From Macrostomum lignano (taxonomy: Eukaryota), in assembly GCA_002269645.1 (NCBI GenBank), contig NIVC01002998.1, positions 62,775-126,774 on the forward strand: a DNA stretch of 64,000 bases, given 5' to 3'. The translations under genes were made by a program, and so were the position numbers. Below are positions 51,334-61,799 of the stretch, in pieces. Position 1 is the stretch's first letter, and each line of letters opens with the position of its first letter. The notes beneath the pieces are model-generated. The model was not told the origin of the DNA and searched no databases. It saw nothing but the letters and a program-made list of their open reading frames with translations.

Positions 51334-52858
51334 TTGGGCCAAGACACTCTGCTTGCTCCCGATGAGGCATCTGCGGTGTCAGCATGGGAAGCGCAATCTG
51401 CTAATTTCAACATTTCTACGGTGCTAAAAACACCAACTCCAAGACTTAAAAAAAAAGTCCAAGCAGACTTTTCGACGAACATATCGGAAGCAGCACCGAC
51501 GCCCACAGAGCCGACTCCTCCGGTGCTCCCTTCAATGAGGCTTGGGCCTGGCTACATCCACAATATGCAGCAGCAGATCCAAGGCCTTGTTGATTTTCCG
51601 TTGGAGAGCCCACATGGTCTTCTTTATGTGCAGCTGAGCATTCACCGAGAGTTTGCGATGAGAAGCAGCGCACTTGAGGCCAAAGTCGATGCGCTAACGA
51701 GTGAGATAACCGGATATCGCTCGGAGATCAAGCGGCTGTCATCTATTATTGATCCTAATAGTGAATCTGTCCAGGTGACAACTTTCGAAGCGATAGACTC
51801 GTGGGAAGACTATATCCGCTTCATTGAAAACCCCGAGGTTTTGCACGAGAATTCGGTGAGTGTATAATACGCTTTTTGTAAAAAGTGTTTGTTTTGTAAA
51901 AATATGTAAAAAGATTTACATCTTTTGAGATTGAGGCTGAGCAAATTGATGCATTAACTACTGTGTATATATACATAAAATACAAAAACTGAAGTAAAGT
52001 TTAAATATCCCAGCTAATTAAAAATCGCTTTGAACTCTTTCCTTTGACAGAGAAATCATTTGCGACTCTTCGCGCGTGCCAAGTGGGAAGATTCGGTACG
52101 CGACATGCTCGACTCCGCCCCAAGGCTGAAGATGCAGGCCGTGGTCAACTACAAGGGAGTCGACATACAGCAGCGAGCCACACAGGCTGGTGTACCTACC
52201 CATTTAAGTGACGATGATCTTGGACTTAAAAAAGTATTTTTGCCATTTGTTCAAGGTTAGTGCTATTTTTCACTATAACATTTATGAGCAGATCTTTAGC
52301 TCCTATGATTCAATACAAGTTAGACCGCATGCACTGCTTAAAAAGACTTCAAGAATAAGCCAAATTATATCTCCAATCTACTACTACCCGACCATGAGTA
52401 GCAATGCAAAAATGTTTTTTCCAAGAAATTTTAATTAAGATCTAATTGTTGCTGTTCATTTATCTTTAACAGAAGCGGTCACGAAGATCTTCGGCAAAAT
52501 CGGAGATGACAAAAGGCCTCCGATCGGAGCGGTCGCAAACGCTTGCCGCGATCACCTCAAGCGCGGCGGCGATCGTTTCACACAGCGAATTCATCGCAAG
52601 GCCAGTGAAAAACCTCGGTCTACTAATAAACCTCAGCGGCTGGTTTGCAAGTATCGACCTCAGCAACCCCAGGAGCTTTCAAAGACTGCAGCCGCTTCTG
52701 GAGCAGCTTGTGCCGTGCAGCAAAGACAGACCCAGAAGAAAGCTGCCGCCTCTTCAAAGGCGGCTTCACGCAAGCGCCGAAGATCTAGCGACTCTGATTC
52801 CTCTGATGCTAGTTCTATCGTGGACGTGTACTCGAATTCTAGCGATTTTGAAATCTAG
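51334..52858 (+). CDS. Spliced DUF4806/BEN-like protein, copy 2; exons about 51334-51855, 52051-52255, 52473-52858
   Basis: Same as copy 1 shifted by 6803. Confidence 0.6.
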
Positions 52859-53737
52859 TAAAGTATGAACACTTGACGTCATCTCATTGTAGTTAACAAT
52901 TATTTTTGTGTAATTTTATCGAGTTAAATTAGCTAAACAGTGAGTTTAATGTATGATTATGAGTGCATGCAAATTTGAAGGATCTCGTAAACCAGTGCTA
53001 ACGGATACGATTATCAATAGTCGCTGAACTCAGAATTGTCTATTCAGCTTGAGTGCTCACATTATGTATTTTCTATTTTGTTTAAACTTCCTTAGTTACT
53101 GGTAGTTAGAAACAAAATTATTTTGTTTAATTTCTTGCTAATGCAAATTTTCCTTACGCTTATGTTAGTTTTTTTCAGAAATTCAATGATTAATTACTAG
53201 CATATTTTAAACATAAAGTTTTTTATAAATATTAATAAACCTTTCGTACTCTGAAAAGTATTTGTTTGCTCATGTACTCGCTCATGGGCTAAGCTCATGT
53301 ACTCGTAGTTACTAAAGAAGTCAGCTGATGCAGACACATGTCGTCGACGTGCTGATGGCTTGGCAAGGCGCATAGAGGCTTATTAAATATTCTAGCGCTC
53401 ATGAAAAAAATCCGACCTTCTGGCAGAATCGTTCAATATATCGACGGTCCTGAGGGCTGCTGACTTGATTCTGCGTTGCTCCAGTAACGACGCAGCGAAA
53501 ACGCGTTCACATAAAAACATTTAATTTTTAGCTCAACTCGAGATCATAGCACTATTTCAGCTTTCAGCATCTTTCTCTTTGCTTTTATTTGATAATCGAG
53601 CCAACCGGTGCTGGAAAATTAAATCAGTTTGAGGAGGACGAGAGGTGAGCGGGTGGGGTTGCGCTGAGCTTGCACAGCAAAATGCCTACTGAGCACTAGA
53701 GCTTAACCCAGCCCAAATGAACAAGCTCTAGGCCAGT

Positions 53738-54063
53738 GTGGTTGACACTCGAACAACCCCGGAATCTGGAGTGAGCTTCCACAGCCAGCCTCTCCAAGAC
53801 GCTGCTCTTGAGAAATGGAAGCGAGAAAACCCGAGAAGACAGTTTAAACGGGCGAAGTTCTCCAAGATTTGCTCTCGCGATTTTTATTTCCCCATGACTT
53901 TATTAAAGCATCAGCGGATACCAACGTCACACGCAAAGAGAAGCGAGTCGCTATCAAGGAGGTGTCTGAAGCTTGAAGCGGTTCCATTCATTTTCCCAAA
54001 TGCTCCCATCTACTTATGATCTCACAAGAAGGCACAGCGAGCAACCTCAGTGACCTCAGGAGA
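53738..54063 (+). pseudogene. Degenerate THAP-domain relic, copy 2
   Basis: Same as 46935-47260 shifted by 6803. Confidence 0.7.
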
Positions 54064-55312
54064 AAGAGCTGGAATTGGAGTCTTTCTGGAAGCCGACTTC
54101 AATGCTGAGACGAACCTTCAGGAGATTTAGCTGCAAGCTGGAGCAGGAAGCAGCCAAGCCAGCTGGATTCCAGACGGCTATCCAAGGCAAGCTCTGCATC
54201 TATATGCTACAGACAGCTTCTGAATTCGTGACCTTGTTTTTTCTTGGGCTTAATTCGTTACAGAGGCATGGCCATAGAATGCTATTTTCGGGTGAAAAGT
54301 GCCAATGAACAGGAGGAAAACCGACATTCATACGAGCGTATTGGCTGAAGGCTGATTCTCTTATCAACTGGACTTATAAACGGAGGGCTTCTGGAAGACG
54401 TGACATTGAAGCTTAAGAATGTTGACTTTCATACTTTGAAAATCTTGAAAAAAAACTCTATCTGAGCGTGTGAATCAGTAAAAAATGACACTTGTATGGG
54501 GAATTGTCGTGCGGAATTGTCTACTAAGAAGTAGCAAGAACAGAATATAAACTTCTTTTTCTGTATATTTTTCAATAAAATTTGAAGTCTGCATTCTTCA
54601 AACGTATGCAAGAACTCAGAAATCGATGCTGGGATTTCTTGGTCTTGAATCTCTTTACTTGAATTGAAAATAAATCGCCAACACTGACCGGTCATTTCAG
54701 TTCGACAAGCTCTTATGCGCATCATGAGCAAGGCAAGGTCGCAGTCAAACTCGAAGTTGTCGTTGGAGTTTCGGCAGACTTTTAATTTTGCTACCTCAAC
54801 AATTCGGCAACTGATAACTGATTGATGCAATGCAGATTGGCTTAATATATCTATATTTAAAAACACCGAGTAACCCTTTGGGCTTTAAATGAAAATATTT
54901 TTTGTTAATTTGCACTTGTGTAACATACTGCTCGATTTAAACTGAACTGAGTGAAAAAATTACTATGAAAGTAAATAAACAAAGCTTATTACGTAATATA
55001 GATCGCGCCTCATTACATACGGTAAACTAGAAAGTGTAAGCTAAAGTGAACGCATGCCTGACTTTTAAAGAAAAAGTTGTTTTATTCAACAGGTTTTTAA
55101 GCTACGCTCATAGCTTCCGGTATTACATGTGAGAGGTTAAACTGAATAAAAAATTATTTCTGTGGTGTCTGAAGATTTTTCAAATGGCTGCTGTTAGCTA
55201 GTTGTCAGAGGTTTTTAACTATAGGAAACTCCTGGTAGAAATATATTATATAACACAGAAAATTATATAGAGTAGAGTCTTTTAAGAAGTTAACTCTGCC
55301 AAACCACAGGAA

Positions 55313-56431
55313 CTACTGAGGCTGCACCCTGCACGCCTCCAGCCAGTCGTCGTGCACCTTCGCTTCGTCCAATTGGCTAATACGATTGCGCAACTCGATT
55401 AAATCTACGTCGTCAGGCAGTTGGCCGAGTATGAAGATGCAAATTCGAGCAAGAGGCCGGTAGATAATTCCATAGTTGTCCTGCTGAAGGAATTCTTGCT
55501 GATCAAAGTCGATCCTGGCCACCTTTTGGGTAGATTCATCCAGCCTCTGCCAGCCGGTGTTGTCATCCCAGTGCGGGAAGGTGACAAAAAACCAAAACTT
55601 GCCCGGCTCCGCATCGTCCAGAGTTTCTAAGACTCTCTCGGCAGTGGCGTTTAGAACGGGCTCCACAAAGGGCGGGCCGAGACTCCAGCCACCCGGATAT
55701 CCAGACAGGTCGAGGCGGAAGAAGTTTCCCAGACTGCCAAACGCGGCGTCAGTGTCCTTGAACAGGCTGCAGAACTTGACGCCATCTCGTCCCAGAAGGC
55801 GGCAGTTCAGAGGCGACGAGAAGCCCTCATAGGTGACGTGGCCAACGTCGTACAGAGCGTCGAGTCCCGACACGCACATGCCAGACTCACCGCCGTAGAA
55901 CTTGCACAGATGAGCGTAGCGGAGGCACATCAGCGCAGTCGCGTCAGTTCCGTATGTTTGCGCCAGGTAGCGAATTCGAATACAGTTCCGGGTTTGGAAA
56001 TCACCCACGAGTATATTTCCACTGGTTCCGCTCTCGGTGTATCGAACAGCAACATCAGGCAGCGGTTCACCCTCGAGATCAATGCCTAGAAATTCTTCGA
56101 TACTGTCGAACACCTGGTTGGATATTCTCTTTGCCGTATCTTCATTCGCGCGTAAATTCTGTTGAAGCATCCTCTCCAGTTCCGTCCTGACGTTTTCATC
56201 CAATGGTTGCTGTGGCAACAACTGATAGGCAGCTTCTTGATCCGCTGTGTTGAAGAATTGCACGATTTGCAGAAACCTGCCAAACACAGCAAAAGTCGCA
56301 TCCCTGTGCCTTTCCTCGGGACCCCATTGAGGAAGAGCGGTTCGATAGTCTTGAAAAAGCCTTTCGATAAAATTGTATTGTCGCATCTCCCTGGTGAGTT
56401 GGTCCGGTTCTATTCCAGCGAATTCGGCCAT
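55313..56431 (-). CDS. PCIF1/CAPAM-like protein, copy C (full 372-aa frame)
   Basis: Uninterrupted ORF from ATG 56431; GPPF at 55667-55678; N-terminal region diverged from A/B. Confidence 0.87.
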   Translation of the reverse strand: MAEFAGIEPDQLTREMRQYNFIERLFQDYRTALPQWGPEERHRDATFAVFGRFLQIVQFFNTADQEAAYQLLPQQPLDENVRTELERMLQQNLRANEDTAKRISNQVFDSIEEFLGIDLEGEPLPDVAVRYTESGTSGNILVGDFQTRNCIRIRYLAQTYGTDATALMCLRYAHLCKFYGGESGMCVSGLDALYDVGHVTYEGFSSPLNCRLLGRDGVKFCSLFKDTDAAFGSLGNFFRLDLSGYPGGWSLGPPFVEPVLNATAERVLETLDDAEPGKFWFFVTFPHWDDNTGWQRLDESTQKVARIDFDQQEFLQQDNYGIIYRPLARICIFILGQLPDDVDLIELRNRISQLDEAKVHDDWLEACRVQPQ

Positions 56432-57393
56432 TACTAACAGAAGGCTTGATTATCTTAGTAATTGTGAGAATAGATGTTGAATGTTGAGGTTTTCAGCCCA
56501 GGATTTTTTCATAACCTGCATTTATATCGTTGCTTCCCAGCCCATAGAGATGTCATTGTTTAAACTTCCAAGAAATAAAAAAATCCACGAAGTACGAGGG
56601 CAGGGAACTGTACGGTTTTACAGATAGAGCGAAGGTCTCCAGGAAATGTCTACCGTACATAACTCAGGTTCAGGAGCGTAGAGTAGGGTTGGAGCGCCTG
56701 GGGGAGCTCAGTGCTGCGTTTGTTTCCTGTCCTCCTGTGCGGGCCGGCCCACGCATCCACCCCTCCGTTGCCATGTCAGGTCGGGGTTGGGCGTCGGTCC
56801 CGGGCCTGCCCGCGGCTCCTCCCCAGAAGTGGCCTCCGCGCCGGGCTCATTTAGAGTTCTCCGGCCGGCCGTCCCGGCCTGTCAACCGTCCAGGTCAAAC
56901 TGCTGTCTCGCCTTTGATGTCTGCCTGAAATCGATGGAAGCTGCTGTAGCTTTGCTATGCGCTGCATGTACTATTTGAAGGCTGAGCCTATTTGCCCATT
57001 TCTATTATTCTAGCTTGTTTTCTAAGGCATATTTACATTTTAACCGCAGCAAAGTTCTGACCACCAACTATTTATAAGCAAAAGAGAGAGGCCTACGGAG
57101 CTGTCGTGAAATGCATAAGCACTTGCTGCAAAGTTTTCCTCGACTACTTTTTAAAAGATGAGACCAACTTCAATTCCAGTATCAGATTTCTATTTTCTGC
57201 ATCTATGTTCTGCAGTCTACTTTTAGTAGCATCGACACTTAAAGTGATAACCACAAACATCTTGATCGAAGTCGTATTTTAGGCAAAAAGTATCGGTTTT
57301 TTATTGGCAATTAATCTTTCCAAAACATTAATTTTAAACTAAGAGAAAATAAAAAGCTAAGAATCAACATTTAGTTAATTAGTATTTTAATTA

Positions 57394-57429
57394 CGACGCG
57401 TTTCGCACTTTGAGAGGTGCATATTCAGG
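57394..57429 (-). ncRNA. Degenerate minimal type-I hammerhead ribozyme of Penelope-like-element type
   Basis: Minus strand CCUGAAUAU-GCAC-CUCUCAAA-GUGC-GAAA-CGCGUC-G: CUGA, 4-bp stem II, GAAA and palindromic stem III ending in GUC. The G8 position reads U. Confidence 0.6.
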
Positions 57430-58804
57430 TTTTTTGGTAGCGAACGAAACGAACGAGGTAAAAAATAATACAATGAGGGTATGAAAATCAATAGCATTTG
57501 TTAAGATGGCCAGGTTTAGGCGGGTTAAGACGGTTCTTGAATTAATTCAAACAAAACTAATAAAATCTATGGCATCATCATCGCCATCCCAGCATGATCA
57601 GTATCGTCTTGAACAGAGATAGATTAGAGACAAAGACGATGAGAAGATGGAACAGATGACCAGCCTCTTCCTACGTCCGAAAAAAGACCTTGCGCTCAAA
57701 CCAAGCCACTGACAATTTTTTGCAGCGCCGGATAGAGCAACGCAGACACAAGAAGTTCAAGAACGCGAGCTAACTTTTTGTTGTTGCACTCCTTCTCAAA
57801 CAAGAATCAAGTTGCCAGCTCTCCGGACCGTCGAGATATTCAACAATTCTGCCATTTTCCATAAGCGCCAGTCAGGGCCATAACTGCCCCTCAGTGCCGT
57901 CTTACCAAGCTAACAAAGTTCATCAGCACTTCGATGACATGTGTCTGCATCAGCTCTGACTCTGTTGGTCACTACATGGGCTGAACCCAGACCGAGTTTC
58001 TGGGCTTTCTAGGAAACTATTTCAAATTTCCCTGATGTCGCTGACCAAGATTCAATAATGGACAAAGTTAAACTGCTGGACATCCTCAGCTATATATAGC
58101 CTTTCAAGCATTCTATCATCACCCCGAGACCGTCGCCAACTTCAGCGTCCCCCGAACGTGATTTTTCATCACAACCTTTACATTTCTTAAGGTCTTAAAA
58201 AACTCTTTTACTCATAAAGAAGGCTACAAGTATGCTTTTAAAGGTAATTGCTACCTATTTCTATTAATAAAATTAGTGGAAAGTTGTTTTCTTAAGGAGA
58301 ATCTTCAAATCAAAACGCGTTCACTTACAAACATTTAATTTTTAGCTCAACACAAGCTCATAGCACTTTTTCGGCTTTCAGCATCTTTCCCTTTGTTTTA
58401 CTTTGATAATTGAGCCAGCCGGCGCTGGACAAACAAAACAGTTTGAGAAGGACGATCGAGAGAGGTGAGCGAGTTGGGGTGAAGCGTTTTAAATGAGCCG
58501 ACTGACTCAGCATGCACAGCAAAATGCCTAGTGAGCACTAGAGCTCGACCCAGTCCGACCGAGCTATCCATAGGCCAGTGGGGTTGACCTGTCCAGCATC
58601 ACGTGCTGTGTGGATATACACTGGCCACTCTTGAGCTCTGACCGAGCTGCTTAGCCAGTGCATTTCTATTACTCTTCGTTGTCGCTATATTAGCTCTGAG
58701 CAATTTTACAATGCTTCACCTCTCTGAGCACAAAGGCTAGTGGTCAATTGCTTCAAAACTTGCTTGTGTGCTACAACGCAGCAAGGTGCAGAAGCGGCTT
58801 CATC

Positions 58805-60139
58805 ATGCAGCTTCACTTACCGCCTATGCCAAGTAACTATTTTGATAAGCAGTTTCTGCCTACCCAAGGATACCACCTGGGCGACGATGTCAAACTAATC
58901 AGCTGCGACATGAAGCCAGATATGGTTGAGCAAGTTGTCGGATCGGCCAGAGAGATTCTCAGTCGCAGAATTGTTAACGAACAGGTGAGGATTGAGGACG
59001 CGAAATAAGTTAGCTTTAATATAGAGTGAATTAAGAATAAAAAAGATGTATTAGAAAGGATTCGAATTAAATCTTTTGGTGGTCCGATTAATTCTATGTG
59101 TAGTGTTTTGTGTGTGGTGATTTTTATACAGCTACATGGCTACATGTGCATGTACAATTGTACACCTGTAAATCCATATTTTTCTATAGCGGGTCAATCT
59201 AAATGTAGCACAGATAGTTTTTTATTACTGCTATTACATGTCACTCAGCATGAGAGTGCTAAAAGATCAATAGCACTAATGTTGCCCCATGACTACAAAG
59301 AGGATCAAAAGGGGAATGGAAGTGAAAGAGGACAAAGTTAGAAGATGAAAGGAGAACAAGACAAAGGAAAAGAGAAGCCAAAAAACTGATCAAGGTGATC
59401 TTTGAGATGCCTGGTTCTAGAAAACGGCTGGCTTGATACCAGGATTAGCTAGTGCTGCAGGTAGAGCATTCCATAATTTACTGTAATTGTAATAAATCAC
59501 TGCTTCTGTTCTAGAAGAAGGAACTTGAAGGAGTAGCTTTGCTGTATGTTGTTATCTCCGTTCTGGAGACCATAGTATGACTTCATAGTGTGAGTTCAAA
59601 TTTTCTCTTCTTGTCTGAATAGGCTTTGAACGGCAGGGTGTTAACTGTCGAAATGCTTGCGATAGTCCAGGGCGGGTTTACTGAGCATTCTGACAGCTCA
59701 AACGGGCCTGGCTCTTGCGTCACCAGACAAGACGATTATAAAGTCAGGGCAGCTGTACACCCTGTGTGAGCGTGTGCATGAGTACAGCATCAGTGCGCTT
59801 GCATGTGCTCAGGGGACAGCTGGTTGTGAGACGATGTCTCAAAAGGCGTCGGGACAGGGTGCCCGCAGACCGACAGATAATAATCGTTTTTTTCTGTCTG
59901 CGGAACTTTTCTAGAGTCTCAACAACTATTTCGTGCACCCAACTCAATTCAAGATTCTTCCTCGCGAGCTCAAGGAGGAGCTGGACGAGAAATTCGGCCA
60001 CAACTGGCAAGTGGTGGTCACTTCAGGCCAGTTCTGGGCCTGGTTCACCCACCTCGCTGGCTACTGCGTGGTGTTCAAGCTGCAGAGGTATTGCTTTCTG
60101 GTGTGGCGTACCAAGACTTGTTATTACAGAAAAAGTTGA
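58805..60139 (+). CDS. Divergent dynein light chain (LC8/DLC-1 family) protein, ~134 aa; exons 58805-58984, 59915-60139
   Basis: VKLISCDMKPDMVEQVV and ELKEELDEKFGHNWQVVV..GQF..WFTH..Y.VVFK.....FLVWRT match the DLC fold. In-phase CAG|GTGAGG and TTCTAG|AGT. Start could also be ATG 58826. Confidence 0.85.
59740..59883 (+). mobile_element. SINE-related fragment sharing a core with the 976-1332 SINE, in DLC intron
   Basis: AAAGTCAGGGCAGCTGTACACCCTGTGTGAGCGTGTGC..GCTCAGGGGA versus SINE AAAGTTAGGGCCGCTGTACACTCCTGTGTGAGTGTGTGC..GCTCAGGGGA; ends in ATAATAAT with a different 3' body. Confidence 0.6.
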
Positions 60140-60173
60140 AAAATGAATGCAACAACTACCTCACTGTGCTATG

Positions 60174-60518
60174 CGGGGGCGTCGCCATGGAGTTTATGGT
60201 GGGGGACAAAACCAACAACTCTACATGTACATGTACATAATTTTCAGAATCGGTGTTGTCAGCGCTCAATTGACGCCATAGGCACTCATTTAAGCGCCGC
60301 AGTCACTCATTTAAGCGCCGCAGGCACTCATTTAAGCGCCGAAGGCACTCATTTAAGCGCCGCAGGCACTATTTTCTGTCACCCTGAAACAAAATTATTG
60401 ATTTTAAAAACGGGTCATGAGGTTGGGTGGGGGAGGGGGACAAAGCATTGGCATGTCCCCAGCTTTTACTAGGGGGGGGGACATGTCCCCCCTGTCCCCT
60501 CCCGGTGGCGACGCCCTG
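60174..60518. mobile_element. hAT-type MITE with internal 21-bp tandem repeat
   Basis: TIR core GGGCGTCGCCA (60177-60187) and TGGCGACGCCC (60506-60516); near-perfect 8-bp TSD GTGCTATG / ATGCTATG; (GGCACTCATTTAAGCGCCGCA)n at 60281-60370. Confidence 0.75.
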
Positions 60519-61799
60519 ATGCTATGCTTTTAATAATTTTTGCCTCAGTTATTTTTAAAATTTTATGTAAACTGAATATGCTCCTGTACAATGCTGCAGT
60601 TTGGCTAGCTTTTCTTGTTTTTGACCTTTGCACGATGTTCTAAGTACGCTCTTACTACTATTGGTATTGATATATTAAATTAAGTCGAAATAATTACGAC
60701 AGTAGAAACTGTTCACCAGTCTTCATGACTTTCAGTTTTATATTTCTTTGCGTACATTTCGGAATTAAGAAACTGAAAAGTGCTGCATTAGAACGGTAGC
60801 TCCAAAGCTTTTCTTGCTAAGTTTTGTATGCCGGTGCCAAAAAAGTACTGTTGACAGGTATTTTGATGTTTATCAACATCTATAAACTGAGTTTTGGTTA
60901 TCTTGTAACTTGAACTTCTGAAAAACACATTTTAATGCATATGATCGAATGCTAATTTTATTCAAAGCTCGTAAAAATCGTTCGTTATATATTTTTATTT
61001 CTGTATGGAGCCAAACATCATTTATTAAACAAATCACAGCACTGCAAACAAGGTTAGTCAGAATGATGTTTAAAATTTTGTGGACAGAATCTCGCTGGCT
61101 ACGGTGAATTCGAGTCAAAAAATTCCAGCAAATCGTCATCAGGAAAATGTAGCAAAAGTGGGAACAATGTTTTTGTCTTTAATTTTGTAAGAAATCTATA
61201 TAGATTAACAAAATAAAAAGCTGTGAAAAGTACGTATACATTACGGTATGCTAGCCATAGCTACTGTCATATAATTTAAAAAACAGGAAGAAAAAGTGAA
61301 TAGTGAAAGTGACACAGAAAAATGTTCAGCATTTAAAACACTACAAAAAGCTAAACTATTTTTAGTCGTGGCTACTAAAAACTACAGCAGATGGTGGAAA
61401 TCGTTATATTATTTTTACCGTCTAAAGCTGAAACTAAAACTAAAACTAAAACTAACGGAAATTTTTTGTTAATTTTGTCGTCCTTTTTGATTTGCATGTA
61501 AAAGTAGCATCTAGCTAGTTGTAGATGATGTAGTGGAGCCCCTGTCTATCACAGGCTCATTTCTCTCATGAGAAATTTTACTTTGATTTATAGAAACGAT
61601 GGCACTTCGGTATTTGCGTAGACCCTCATCCTTAATGATCAATTTAGTAAAAAATATCTTCATGATTTTAATTATTGGGGTATAGTTGTCACTAAAAGTT
61701 TTTGCAATAATAAAAATTGATAAGTTTTGATAAGATAACTTTCAAAAATCTTTTCTGGTGTAAAAAAGCAAGCGAATCTTTAGCGAATCAGAGCTATCT

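Larger units (their letters stand above)
42482..56164. repeat. Tandem segmental duplication, period 6,803 bp (about 42482-49361 and 49285-56164)
   Basis: Every ORF-track entry from 43125 to 48063 recurs with identical translation at +6803. No differences were seen in spot checks. Confidence 0.95.
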
